Assembly: GCA_964016885.1 (NCBI GenBank)
Contig: OZ024760.1
Coordinates: 7,192,001 to 7,256,000, forward strand
Origin: Eledone cirrhosa
Taxonomy: Eukaryota
Length of the DNA stretch: 64,000 nt
Direction: 5' to 3'
The translations under genes were made by a program, and so were the position numbers. Below are positions 41,903 through 54,321 of the stretch, piece by piece. A model generated the notes under the pieces. It did no database searches. It was not told the origin of the DNA and was given only the letters and a program-made list of their open reading frames with translations. Position 1 is the stretch's first letter. Every line of letters starts with the position of its first letter.

Positions 41903-41960
<58 letters not shown>

Positions 41961-44020
41961 CAACACACGTTTTCAGTTAAGAAATCTTACAAAACAAATA
42001 AAAAAATTAAATATATATAGATATATGTATGTGTGTGTGCATCTATGTGTATATATACATGTGTGTGTGTGTGTGTGCATCTATGTGTATATATACATAT
42101 GTGTGTGTGTTGTAAGGTGTATGGTGTAGTGGTTAGATTGTTCAGCTCATGGGCGTGAGGTCAAGAGTTTGATTCCTGGTGGTGGCAGTGTAGTGTCCTT
42201 GAGCAAGACACTTTATTTCATGTTACTCCACACAACTTAGCTGTACCTGCAATCCAAAGAGCCAGCCTTCTCTCTCACACACTATATGATGCTGAATTTC
42301 ACTGAGGATTAAGTTAAGTGGACATGTGTTGGTGGAATGCTCAGCCACTTGCACATGGACCATACAACTGGAACACTCATTGTCAGAACTGATGAAGGAA
42401 GGTCTAACATATATGTGTGATGTGTATATATGAGTATGTGTATATATGAGTATGTGCATGAATGTGTAAATGTATGTGTAAGTTAGTCTGTGTGTGTTTG
42501 TAAGTGTGTATGTGTTTGTAAGTGTATATGTGTTTCTATAAATGAATGTGTGTGTGTATTTTTGTATGTGTTACATTATTTTAATATATAGTGTTTTGTG
42601 ACAGACATACAAAGCCTACATCTGTATTTTGATATATTGCAACCCCTAGTTAATTACTGCTATATACTCAGTGTAATTACTGCTATACTGCTATACTACA
42701 TATAAGCCCTCTGACAAACAGGACCACTTTTTACAATGGTGGGGGTGTGACATGAAGGAGATTTGACTGCTATTTACAGTCTGTAGGGGGCTCCCCTTGC
42801 TGCTTCTTATCCCTTATTATTATTATCATTATTATTATTATTTCTTTAGTGTAAATAATAATTTTCTTGTCAGAGAACTTATGGAAAAGTCGACAGTAGA
42901 CGCAACTTTAGCTTCTGTAAGAAACTGGAGTTGTGTCTCCTGAACGACCAAGTTATACTCAGCCTGAAAGGAGAAGTTTTCTTTCATACTAATCTCACAG
43001 ATAGCCAAAAAAAAAAACCAACATCATACATCAGCCAAAGAAAGAACCCGGTTAAGAAGAGCTTTCACAAACAAACCAGACCTTTCAAGCACCACAGTAA
43101 GAAGATAAATGACACAACATCACTTTCCAATCACATATGGTACAAAGGAGAGCAGACAGTAACTTCTTAGCACTTTGAGATGTGGGGGGCATGCAGCTGT
43201 AGCTCACCTTTATGTTGTTGTTGTTGAACAGTTGATGGAACTTGTGAGCGGCCAGGAAATATAAATATACACATAAACATATATATACATATATACACAC
43301 ACACAACATAGACAGGCACATCTTTACACACAAACACACAGTTGAGTGTATACATCATACACACACACAAACACACAGTTGAGTGTATACATACACACAC
43401 ATATCTTTACACACAAACACTCAGTTGAGTGTATACATACACACACACATCTTTACACACAGTTGAGTGTATACATACATACACACAAATATAAACATGT
43501 GTACATGCAAACGCACATACACACACAACACATTTTTACACATAAACACAAACATACATGCAAACACACACACAAAAACATATGTACACTCACACGACAC
43601 ATTTTTACACACAAGAACAAACATATGCGTACATGCAAACGCATATACACACAGTTGTATGTAGATATATACATATATACATACACACAAATGCACATAT
43701 ACGAGTGCACACACACGGGTTACACTCTAGCCTGGTGAGCCTCCTGGTTGGGACAGACATATATACATATGCATACATACTGGTGAATAGGCTTGAATAT
43801 TTCAATACTACAAAGCATTATTAAATATCTTCAGAAGCACTATAAATGATAATACAATGACCTGAGATTCAGCAAGCCCAAAAGAATAGTTATACTCAAT
43901 ATTTTTCCTCTTTAACTAAATTGAAATAACATAAACATTAGTTGAATAAGATGTATTGAAACATTTGTAAAGCTAATAAATGGTATAAAGAAATCTAGTC
44001 CGTCATCTCAGAGTTTTATA

Positions 44021-44066
<46 letters not shown>

Positions 44067-44862
44067 ACATATGTATACCGCTCTCTCTCTATATATCTAT
44101 CTATCTATCTAAGGCGGGTAAAATTCCCGAGATCCATGGACGAGTTCTCTCCAGCGGTCTCTGTCCCTCATTATCACTGCCATGTCCTGCATCTCCAACA
44201 GACCAGTGTCTGTCCTTAGGGCATCAACATACGTTAACCTTGGTCTTCCTCTTATAGTGTGTCCATGTAGGGGGCTCCCACAGGAGCACTGAGTGCAATG
44301 TCAACTCTGGATGTCGGTGAGCATGTCCAGCCAACCTCAGTCTCCTCTGTGTATATATAATATATATATATATATATATTTATGTATCTATCTATCTATA
44401 TAGAGCGAGAAATTTTTGTTTTTTTGTGTGTCTTTATTGGACCTTTTTCCCGTTTCTCCATTGTGATCCTGTCTCTATTTTGTACTCTCTTGAAGGGCTT
44501 AAGCCTGAAACATTGAACTTTCTCTCCTCTTTCCAATATAAAGCGCGAAACTAATAAGGTCTTTTGTACCTCTGTTGTCTCCTAGAATTATATACATATA
44601 TAGTAATAATAATAAATGTGAAGACTAAATATATATATATATATATTAAACTTAAGCAAAAATCTCATGGGGGGGGGGGGAGAGCTAGATCGGGTAAAAT
44701 CTCCCCAAAATAAGATTTTGGCTTAAGTTTAATATATTTTATTACTTCGCTGAGTAGATAATTTATTAATATATCTTATCCTTTCATTGAGATGTTTACA
44801 CATTAGAAACAGAACTTTATAAAATTTATAAATTAATACATATACATACATACATACATACA

Positions 44863-44898
<36 letters not shown>

Positions 44899-45572
44899 TA
44901 TATATTTGAAAATTCACAAGTCTGATGAACTATTGATTCCAGAGTCAGGCCTGATCACAACTGATTGTATCTTGAGCTGATTGATCACGAAAAGTGCATC
45001 ACATGTGATTAAACATATTGATACTTTGTTCCTGCTCCTGGTATCATGTAACTCAGTATAACCTGCTTCATGGTTGAGTGGTCAGCAACTAAACCAGCTC
45101 GCTCACCAGACCCTGTTCTGGTGAGGGGGGTAAGTGGAACCCCAGCAAGAGCTGTTAAAAGGGGCAGATGAACTCTTCAGTGTCAAAAACCATCCCTCCC
45201 GGCTATGGGTTAAACAGCCTCACCAATCTGCGATTGGCCAAGCATGGTTAGTACAGCTACATCCCTGACATGACCAAAACCAGTGGACGTAAACCAGGGA
45301 GGAGCTCCTCCAATAAGAAGGACAAGATCCTTGATTGGATATATATTATAAAGAGTCAGGACCCGATGACTGAGCAACAGCTAGTTCCGGACTCAACAGC
45401 TGCATCTGGAACTAGCTGTCGAAACGGTAAGAGCTCAGTCGTCGGGTCCCGACTCTTTATAACATAACCATACTCTACTACCCCAAGTATCGAGTACTCT
45501 GTTGAGTAATGGTCTAAACACACACCTCTCTCTATACACAGACACACACACACAGATAAATCTACCAATCAA

Positions 45573-45606
<34 letters not shown>

Positions 45607-47912
45607 TAAATTATATTGTCAAATACAAGTTATATTTGGCAATATAATTTAATGAATAATTTGCTTCACCTGTAATTATTTTAACACATTAGGAATTCAT
45701 ACACAAGGTTGTTTGAAAGAAAAAGTTTAAGGAAATATCATTCATAGCCTTATGTACAGTTTATTATAATAAATTACCATATTTTGAGATGTTTAAACTT
45801 CTTCACATAATTCTTTCCAGTTTTTATATTTGAAAACAAAGTTCTTTATATATATAAAGAATCTTGCTAAACAAATTCAGAAACGAAATATATAAAGAAC
45901 TTTATATATATATATATATATATATAAAAACCCAGATGAAACAAGTATTTTCTAGTCATAGTTTTAAAGGCAACCAGCATATTATGTTCAATAATTTAGA
46001 TGTCTCAATGTTTCAAGAAGATAATAGAAATAGAGGCAGTACTTTGTTTGGCAAATGACTTGATTTCAGACTGAATTGAAACTCTAGTTCAGAATATAAT
46101 ACAGTGCCCACCCCAACCCTATTTCCAGAGAGACCTGCCTACATGCAAATTATAAATAATATATAATAAATAAAATCCTTAATTTATATATAATAAATAA
46201 TATAATAAATACTATGTCATTTAAAAATGTTTAGGTTTAAGTTATTCTAAAAACTGACCGTCACAATTTAATAAATAAACTAACTTTAAAAGTCCTGTAC
46301 CTCATGGAACCACATTAGCAAGCATTATCATCATCATTTAATATCTATTTTCCATGCTGGCATGGGTTAGGCGGGTTGTCACATTATGAGACAAGTCAGG
46401 TTCAGAGACCACGTCTTGCTCATACGGATCTGAATTTAGGCTTGGTTTCTATGGCCAGATGCCCTTCCTAACACCAACCATCTCATTGTGGAGTGGATGT
46501 TTTTTATCATTGCATATATACGTATATATATTATACTTTGGGAAGGTCATGTTGCTAATAGAATATATATATAAACTATAATAAAGTAAGAAGTGCAGGA
46601 CTGCATACAGTTTATAATTTGTTATCCCTTTAGTAAAATAAGTTGGATTACTTTGAATAAATAATGAATGAATATTATATAATTTATCTACTAAATTTCG
46701 TGGCTGTTCATTAAATATATTTTATTACTTATTTAAAGATTCACTTCTTTAAAATTTTCAAATGTCAACACTTCCGGTTAGCGATCATTTAATTTTCTCC
46801 TAATGCAGTTTATATATAATATGTGTCATGGATTATGTTACTGATTACAGAAGAGAGTGTAACAGTCTTCGTTCAATTTGTGGATATTGTCAATTACGGT
46901 TTTATTTGATGTATCATATCTACATGTATATATACTTACGTATAATATCAATATACACACACACTACACATGCTAGCAGAAAACCACCCGAAGCGTGGTT
47001 TTTCTGCTAGTATATATAATAATCAGTCTAGGTATCTCAATTTTCCTACCCACACGAAGTCAAATTTCTCACTGATTATGTGTACACCTCTAATCAGTTG
47101 GGTTTGAATTTTAATAATATGGACTTAACTAGATTATTGAGTGAGTGAGGAAACAACTGAAGCTGTGTCCTTTCTATTCAATAGAAGCTTCATCCCTTAA
47201 TTATATATTTATATAAATAGGTATTCAAAGCTAGTCAAAGAAAATTAGTACAGCCTCAGTTGTTTACTCACTCAATGGTATAAACAGGTTTGTATTATTA
47301 AAAATACAAACACATTACTCAGACTACACACACATGTTAATCAGTAAGAAAAACAACTTTATTTCATCATTTCATTTTACGTCCACTTTTCCCTGCTTAC
47401 AAGGGTGGGACGGGCACTGATTCTGGCTTGATTTCTACAGCTGGATGCCCTTCCTAACACCAACCTCATTTACAGTGAGTGCTGGGTGCTTTTTTGCCGT
47501 GGCACCTCCACGACCACTTTGCAGTGGAATGATAGGGACCCCAGTCCCTATCATCTCATTTCTACAGCTGAGTAAACTAGAGCAATGTGAAATAAAGTGT
47601 CTTGCTCAAGGAAACAACACATCACCCGGTGTGAGAATTGAACTCACAACCTTTCGATTGCAAGGCCAATGCTCTAACCACTAAGCCATGTGCCTCCATA
47701 TATATATATACACAAATGAAAGTACAGGATATTCGAAGCTCGAGCCGCAGCTAAGCCGATGAATGCCTTCAGCAGTGCAGCCAAGCACTCAACAAGGTAT
47801 AGACCTCAGAGTAATAACAGACAGTTTAAAGGGCTTTGCAAATTGAAGATAGTGACCGGTAATTCAGCCGCGGGGTCTGTAGCAACGAAAGAACTGACTT
47901 GCGAGAAAAAAT

Positions 47913-47946
<34 letters not shown>

Positions 47947-50900
47947 GTAGGAGGTGAGTTTTATTGTAGTACAATAAAGCAATGCAGATATCGGATAAGT
48001 AGCACTCAACAGTTTGTAGGACTGGAGTATAAATAATATATAAGATCAAAAGATGGTTAAAAGAGTTCCATGTATTTTATTATGCGCATTTCTTTTCATC
48101 GCACATATTATTAAACCCTTCAATATACAAACCTTAATTTAACATTATTCTTAAATTTTTCTCTTCGTTAATTTCCAAATTCTTTTAATTTATATATTAT
48201 CTTCCAACGGTTTTTTAACCTCTCTCTGTAAAACATATTTTTCTCAGTTATAAAAGCTATCTCTCTCTCTCTCTATCTATCACCCATCTCTCCTCCTATC
48301 TCATCCTTTCTTATTATACTCCCCCCCCTCCATACTCTCATCTCCTCCTCTTTTTCACCCCCCCCCCATATCACACATCAATCTAAAACTACTTTTCATA
48401 TGTTGATTTAAAACTGCACTATTCACAAGTGTTTTTTAACCTTCATATCATGTCTCCCTATTTTATCTGACGAAAACGCAAATGTCATCGCATGATGATA
48501 TTTGTTTTTGAAATGCGCATAATAAAATACATGGAACTCTTTTAACCATCTTTTGATCTTATATATTATATGTATATATATATATACATATATAAATAAA
48601 ATAAAGAATGGTTTTCTGAAGAGAAATGGAAGGGAGCCACAGTTAAATGAGGTACTCAATATCTCAGTAGAGAAAGTACACATTTATTTTATATAGAAAT
48701 GACTTCTACAGGGTCAGAACTGTTTCATTCATTTGAAATCAATATGAATAGATATTCCTGATTACTATATGAAATATATAATCACATAAATGTGCGTGTG
48801 TGTGTGTGTGGTGTATATATGTGTATGAGTGTATATGTATATGTGTGGATATAAGGAAATCATTATATTAGAGGTTTAAAACCAGAGTAACCATATTAAA
48901 TGTACCAAAAATATATCACTACACTGAATTTTCTTATTTCCCTCTTTATAAGATAATTTCTTAAGAATTTCTTTTAAATGTTTAGAAAAGTTTGAAGAAA
49001 TTTGAAATTCTTAGTTATTTTAATATTTTTCTATTTAATTGTTATTTAACTGATAAACGTTGCTAAAGATATCTGCTGAGGAACAAATAAAAATGGTATC
49101 AAACATATACATAGCCGATCTCAGACTTTTATGAAGTGCCGAGGGAACAAAGTTAACATAAAGAGTGGTGTGCTCATGTGTGGATATGCTATAAAATAGG
49201 GTGAAGACTCTTAAAGACGAAGAAAGAAGCTGCCATTAGCCGTGATAGTAAATTTTTTTTCCATCTTTAACCTCTTCAGTGCCGTAGATGAGATAACTCA
49301 TCCTAACATGTATGCATTCCAGTGCCACGGATATGATAACTCGTTCATAACTTCAAAGCTAGATAGGGTTACTAGTTTATTGATGTGGTGTTTGTCAATC
49401 ATTCAGATATGGGTTGTTAATAAATGTATGTTTAAAAAAATAGTCATTTTACGGCAAAAAAAACCCGGCACAGCGACTGTAAAATATACGCAGCAGTCAA
49501 CAGGTTATGGGTCTTCACTCTAATTTATAAGCTATTCTATAGTATCTCCACACATGAGCAAACCGCTCTTTATGTAAATGGTATAGTTAAAACAAGAAAA
49601 GAAAGAGATAATGCAAGAGTAACAAAATTTGTAAATATTTGGTACCTGTATGGAGGCTGAGTGATTAGGGACGCCTGTAGATATAGAAATAAGGACTGTA
49701 AGTAAAAGGAAAGAATTATTATTTTCACATCAAGAATCTGATTCAATGACATCACGCATTTATTTATGTTGTACAGAGATTGGAGAGAAAAATATATTTT
49801 ATTAGAATAATACATTTTGTAAAAAATACAATATATTTTGTGAAAAAACAATATTTTATGGAAAAATAAAAAAATACATTTTATGAAAAATAGCGTATAT
49901 TGTATATAGATAGCATGTAATGTGTATAGATAGCATATATTGTATATAGATAGCATGTAATGTGTATAGATAGAGCATATATTGTGTATAGATAGAGCAT
50001 ATATTGTGTATAGATAGAGCATATATTGTATGGAGATAGCAATATATTGTGTATAGATAGCATGTAATGTGTATAGATAGAGCATATATTGTATGGAGAT
50101 AGCATATACTGTATGGAGATAGCATATACTGTATAGAGATAGCATATATTGTATAGAGATAGCATATATTGTATAGAGATAGCATATATTGTATAGAGAT
50201 AGCATATATTGTGTATAGATAGAGCATATATTGTATGGAGATAGCATATACTGTATGGAGATAGCATATATTGTATAGAGATAGCAATATACTGTGTATA
50301 GATAGCATATATTGTATAGAGATAGCATATATTGTATGGAGATAGCAATATATTGTATAGAGATAGCAATATATTGTGTATAGATAGCATATATTGTATA
50401 GAGATAGCATATATTGTATGGAGATAGCATGTAATGTGTATAGATAGCATATATTGTATGGAGATAGCATATATTGTATAGAGATAGCATATATTGTATA
50501 GAGATAGCAACATATTGTGTATAGATAGCATATATTGTATGGAGATAGCATATATTGTATGGAGATAGCATATATTGTATGGAGATAGCATATATTGTAT
50601 AGAGATAGCAATATATTGTGTATAGATAGCATATATTGTATGGAGATAGCATATATTGTATGGAGATAGCATGTAATGTGTATAGATAGCATATATTGTA
50701 TGGAGATAGCATATATTGTATATAGATAGCATATACTGTGTATAGATAGCATATACTGTATAGAGATAGCATATATTGTGTATAGATAGCATATATTGTA
50801 TGGAGATAGCATATATTGTATAGAGATAGCATATATTGTATGGAGATAGCATATATTGTGTATAGATAGCATATATTGTATGGAGATAGCATATATTGTA

Positions 50901-53571
50901 TGGAGATAGCATATATTGTATGGAGATAGCAATATACTGTGTATAGATAGCATATATTGTATAGAGATAGCATATATTGTATGGAGATAGCAATATATTG
51001 TATGGAGATAGCATATATTGTATAGAGATAGCAATATACTGTGTATAGATAGCATATATTGTATAGAGATAGCATATATTGTGTATAGATAGCATATATT
51101 GTATGGAGATAGCATATATTGTATGGAGATAGCATATATTGTATGGAGATAGCATGTAATGTGTATAGATAGCATATATTGTATGGAGATAGCATATATT
51201 GTATATAGATAGCATATACTGTGTATAGATAGCATATACTGTATAGAGATAGCATATATTGTGTATAGATAGCATATATTGTATGGAGATAGCATATATT
51301 GTATAGAGATAGCATATATTGTATGGAGATAGCATATATTGTGTATAGATAGCATATATTGTATGGAGATAGCATATATTGTATGGAGATAGCATATATT
51401 GTATGGAGATAGCAATATACTGTGTATAGATAGCATATATTGTATAGAGATAGCATATATTGTATGGAGATAGCAATATATTGTATGGAGATAGCATATA
51501 TTGTATAGAGATAGCAATATACTGTGTATAGATAGCATATATTGTATAGAGATAGCATATATTGTGTATAGATAGCATATATTGTATGGAGATAGCATAT
51601 ATTGTATGGAGATAGCATATATTGTATAGAGATAGCATATACTGTGTATAGATAGCATATATTGTATAGAGATAGCATATATTGTATGGAGATAGCAACA
51701 TATTGTATGGAGATAGCAACATATTGTATGGAGATAGCAACATATTGTATGGAGATAGCAACATATTGTATGGAGATAGCAACATATTGTATGGAGATAG
51801 CAACATATTGTATGGAGATAGCAACATATTGTATGGAGATAGCAACATATTGTATGGAGATAGCAACATATTGTATGGAGATAGCAACATATTGTATGTA
51901 CAAGAGTAAAGATTTAGGATTAAGTACATAAAAGTACATTAAGATAGCACTTATTTTTTTTCTAATTTGATAATTATATTTTTCTCCATATAATTGTGTA
52001 TGGTAATTAAAAATCGACATTTAGATAATTATTTTTTCTCCAAATAATTGTATAATTTTTCCTCTAAATCATCATCATCACCATTTAACGTCCATTTTTC
52101 CATGCTTGTACAGATCAGACAGGTCGTCCGTGTCGAGAGATAAGTCTGACCAGGATTGGCCACGCCATACCTTGCTCCAACGGGACTGTAAATTTGACCG
52201 GGGATTTTACCGCTGGATGCCCTTCCTAACACCAACCACATTTACAGTGTAATTGTATATTTTTTTATCTCTAAATATTTGTCTATGGTTATTAAAGATG
52301 AAAGTAGTATTGAGGTGTCGTGGTTAATAGACTTACCTGCTATCACTGTATTAATGCACTCATAAAGTAAGGACATTGCCGATGTGCTGAAAAACAAAAC
52401 AAAACAAATTCATATATTTATTCCTCAGAGTAGCTGATGGTAACTTATTTTTCCATCTTTAACCCTTTAGCATTTATATTACTCTATATTTACTATTATA
52501 TTTTCACAGTCAAGGTTTTACCTCACATAACATCGAATCTATGAGATTTTGATGTTAATTATTTTGAGAACAATTCTTTAATGTAGGTACGAGTAGTCAG
52601 TTTGAACAGAAAAAGGTGAGAGTTCTGCCCAGATACGACCGGTTTAAATGCTAAAAGGTTAAGAGTCTTCACCCTATTTTATAGCATCTCCACACTTCTC
52701 TATATATTATATATATATAGGATCTCGATGTAAATCAGAGACGATCACTGTCAAAAAGAGTACTCAATACTTAGTAGATTATAGGTTTGTATATTAAGTT
52801 ATTTTACAGCATCTCCACACATGAGCACACCACTCTTTATATTATATATATGTAGTATCCCGATGTAAATTGGGAGATGACTACTTACAAAAAGGGTACT
52901 CAATACTTAGTAGATTATACGTTTGTATATTTTATTATAGAAATAACTTCTACAGGAAGCAAAAATAAATTGAAATAAAACCATCTCAATTTCGTTGTTC
53001 TGTAAAAGCTCAATGGAAATTAGATGTGAAAAATTGTTATACCAGAGGATAATCATACAACAATGTTACAGAAACAACATTGATTATATCTTGTAAAAAT
53101 GAGAAAACACATTGCTAGAACAGCTGATAAAACATTTAAATGCTGTCAAAGACAGCGATGGCCAAAAATGCCTAAGAGAACAGAGTCCAGTGGTCAACAG
53201 AGAGACAATCCATCTTGTAGGAAAGTAGAAAATAATGAGAATATAAAATTATTACTTACATTACTAATTATAAATGCATGATAAAAAGAGTGGTGTGCTC
53301 ATGCATGGAGATGCTATAAAATAGGATAATGACCCTTAATCCTTTAGCATTTCCATTGCTCTATATGTACTATTACATTTTCAGGGTAAAGGCTTTACCT
53401 CACACAATTATCCCACATAATATTGAATCTATGAAATTTTGATATTTATTTTGGGAACAATACTGTAACATCAGTATGAGTGGTCGGTTAAAGCCAGTTT
53501 GAACAGAAAGAGCTGAGAGAATTTTGGCCAGACATGACCAGTTTAAATGCTAAAAGGTTAAAAATGGTCGC

Positions 53572-53602
<31 letters not shown>

Positions 53603-54290
53603 TCAGACAACAGGGTTTGTAGAGTTTTGTCTACCAAATCCACTCACAAGGCATTGAAAATATGTTAAAATGTCATACCATCATCATAATATTTTTCCAA
53701 GGAGATATCTTACCTGTGAATTAAGTTTGTGAGTGGTTCAATCAGTTTTTTTCCAAGTCGAGGTTCAAGTGGAGTGAGAGCACCAAACTGAACGGAGATA
53801 AATAATAAATAAATATATATATATGTATATATATTAACAAGTAATAAGTATGGACAAGGTGTCAAATTTTCATTAAGTTTATTCAGGTGTGACGTGTTTC
53901 ATGATTAATCAGCTCAAGGTTCAATCTCTCTCGATCAGGCCAGACTCTGGAACCAAAAGCTCATCAGATTTCTGTTTGCTTAATGGCGGAATATATATAT
54001 ATATATATATCATCATCATCATCTTCGTTTACCGTCCATCTTCCACGCTAGCATGGGTTAGACGGGAGTTGTCCCACTTGAGGCAAGGTTGGTCGGGTGA
54101 CCGTGTCTCGCTCATATAGGACTATTTGGCAGGTTTTCTACGGCTGGATGCCCTTTCTAACACCAACCACATTTACAGTGTGGAACTGGGAACTTTTTAC
54201 CGTGTTACCTACACGGCCACATTACAGCGTGGACTGTGTGTTTTTTTGTCGTGACACCTACACGATCCGTGACACCTATATATATAAATA

Positions 54291-54321
<31 letters not shown>

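Noticed and set aside
49570-52020. 600-816 aa ORFs in three minus frames
   Set aside because: Translation of a 20-21 bp satellite; the only real coding part is the 50-nt exon at 49646-49695, in a different frame
53000-53230. Unique intronic stretch as possible snoRNA or extra exon
   Set aside because: No convincing box C/D or H/ACA layout and no open frame with matching splice sites found by eye
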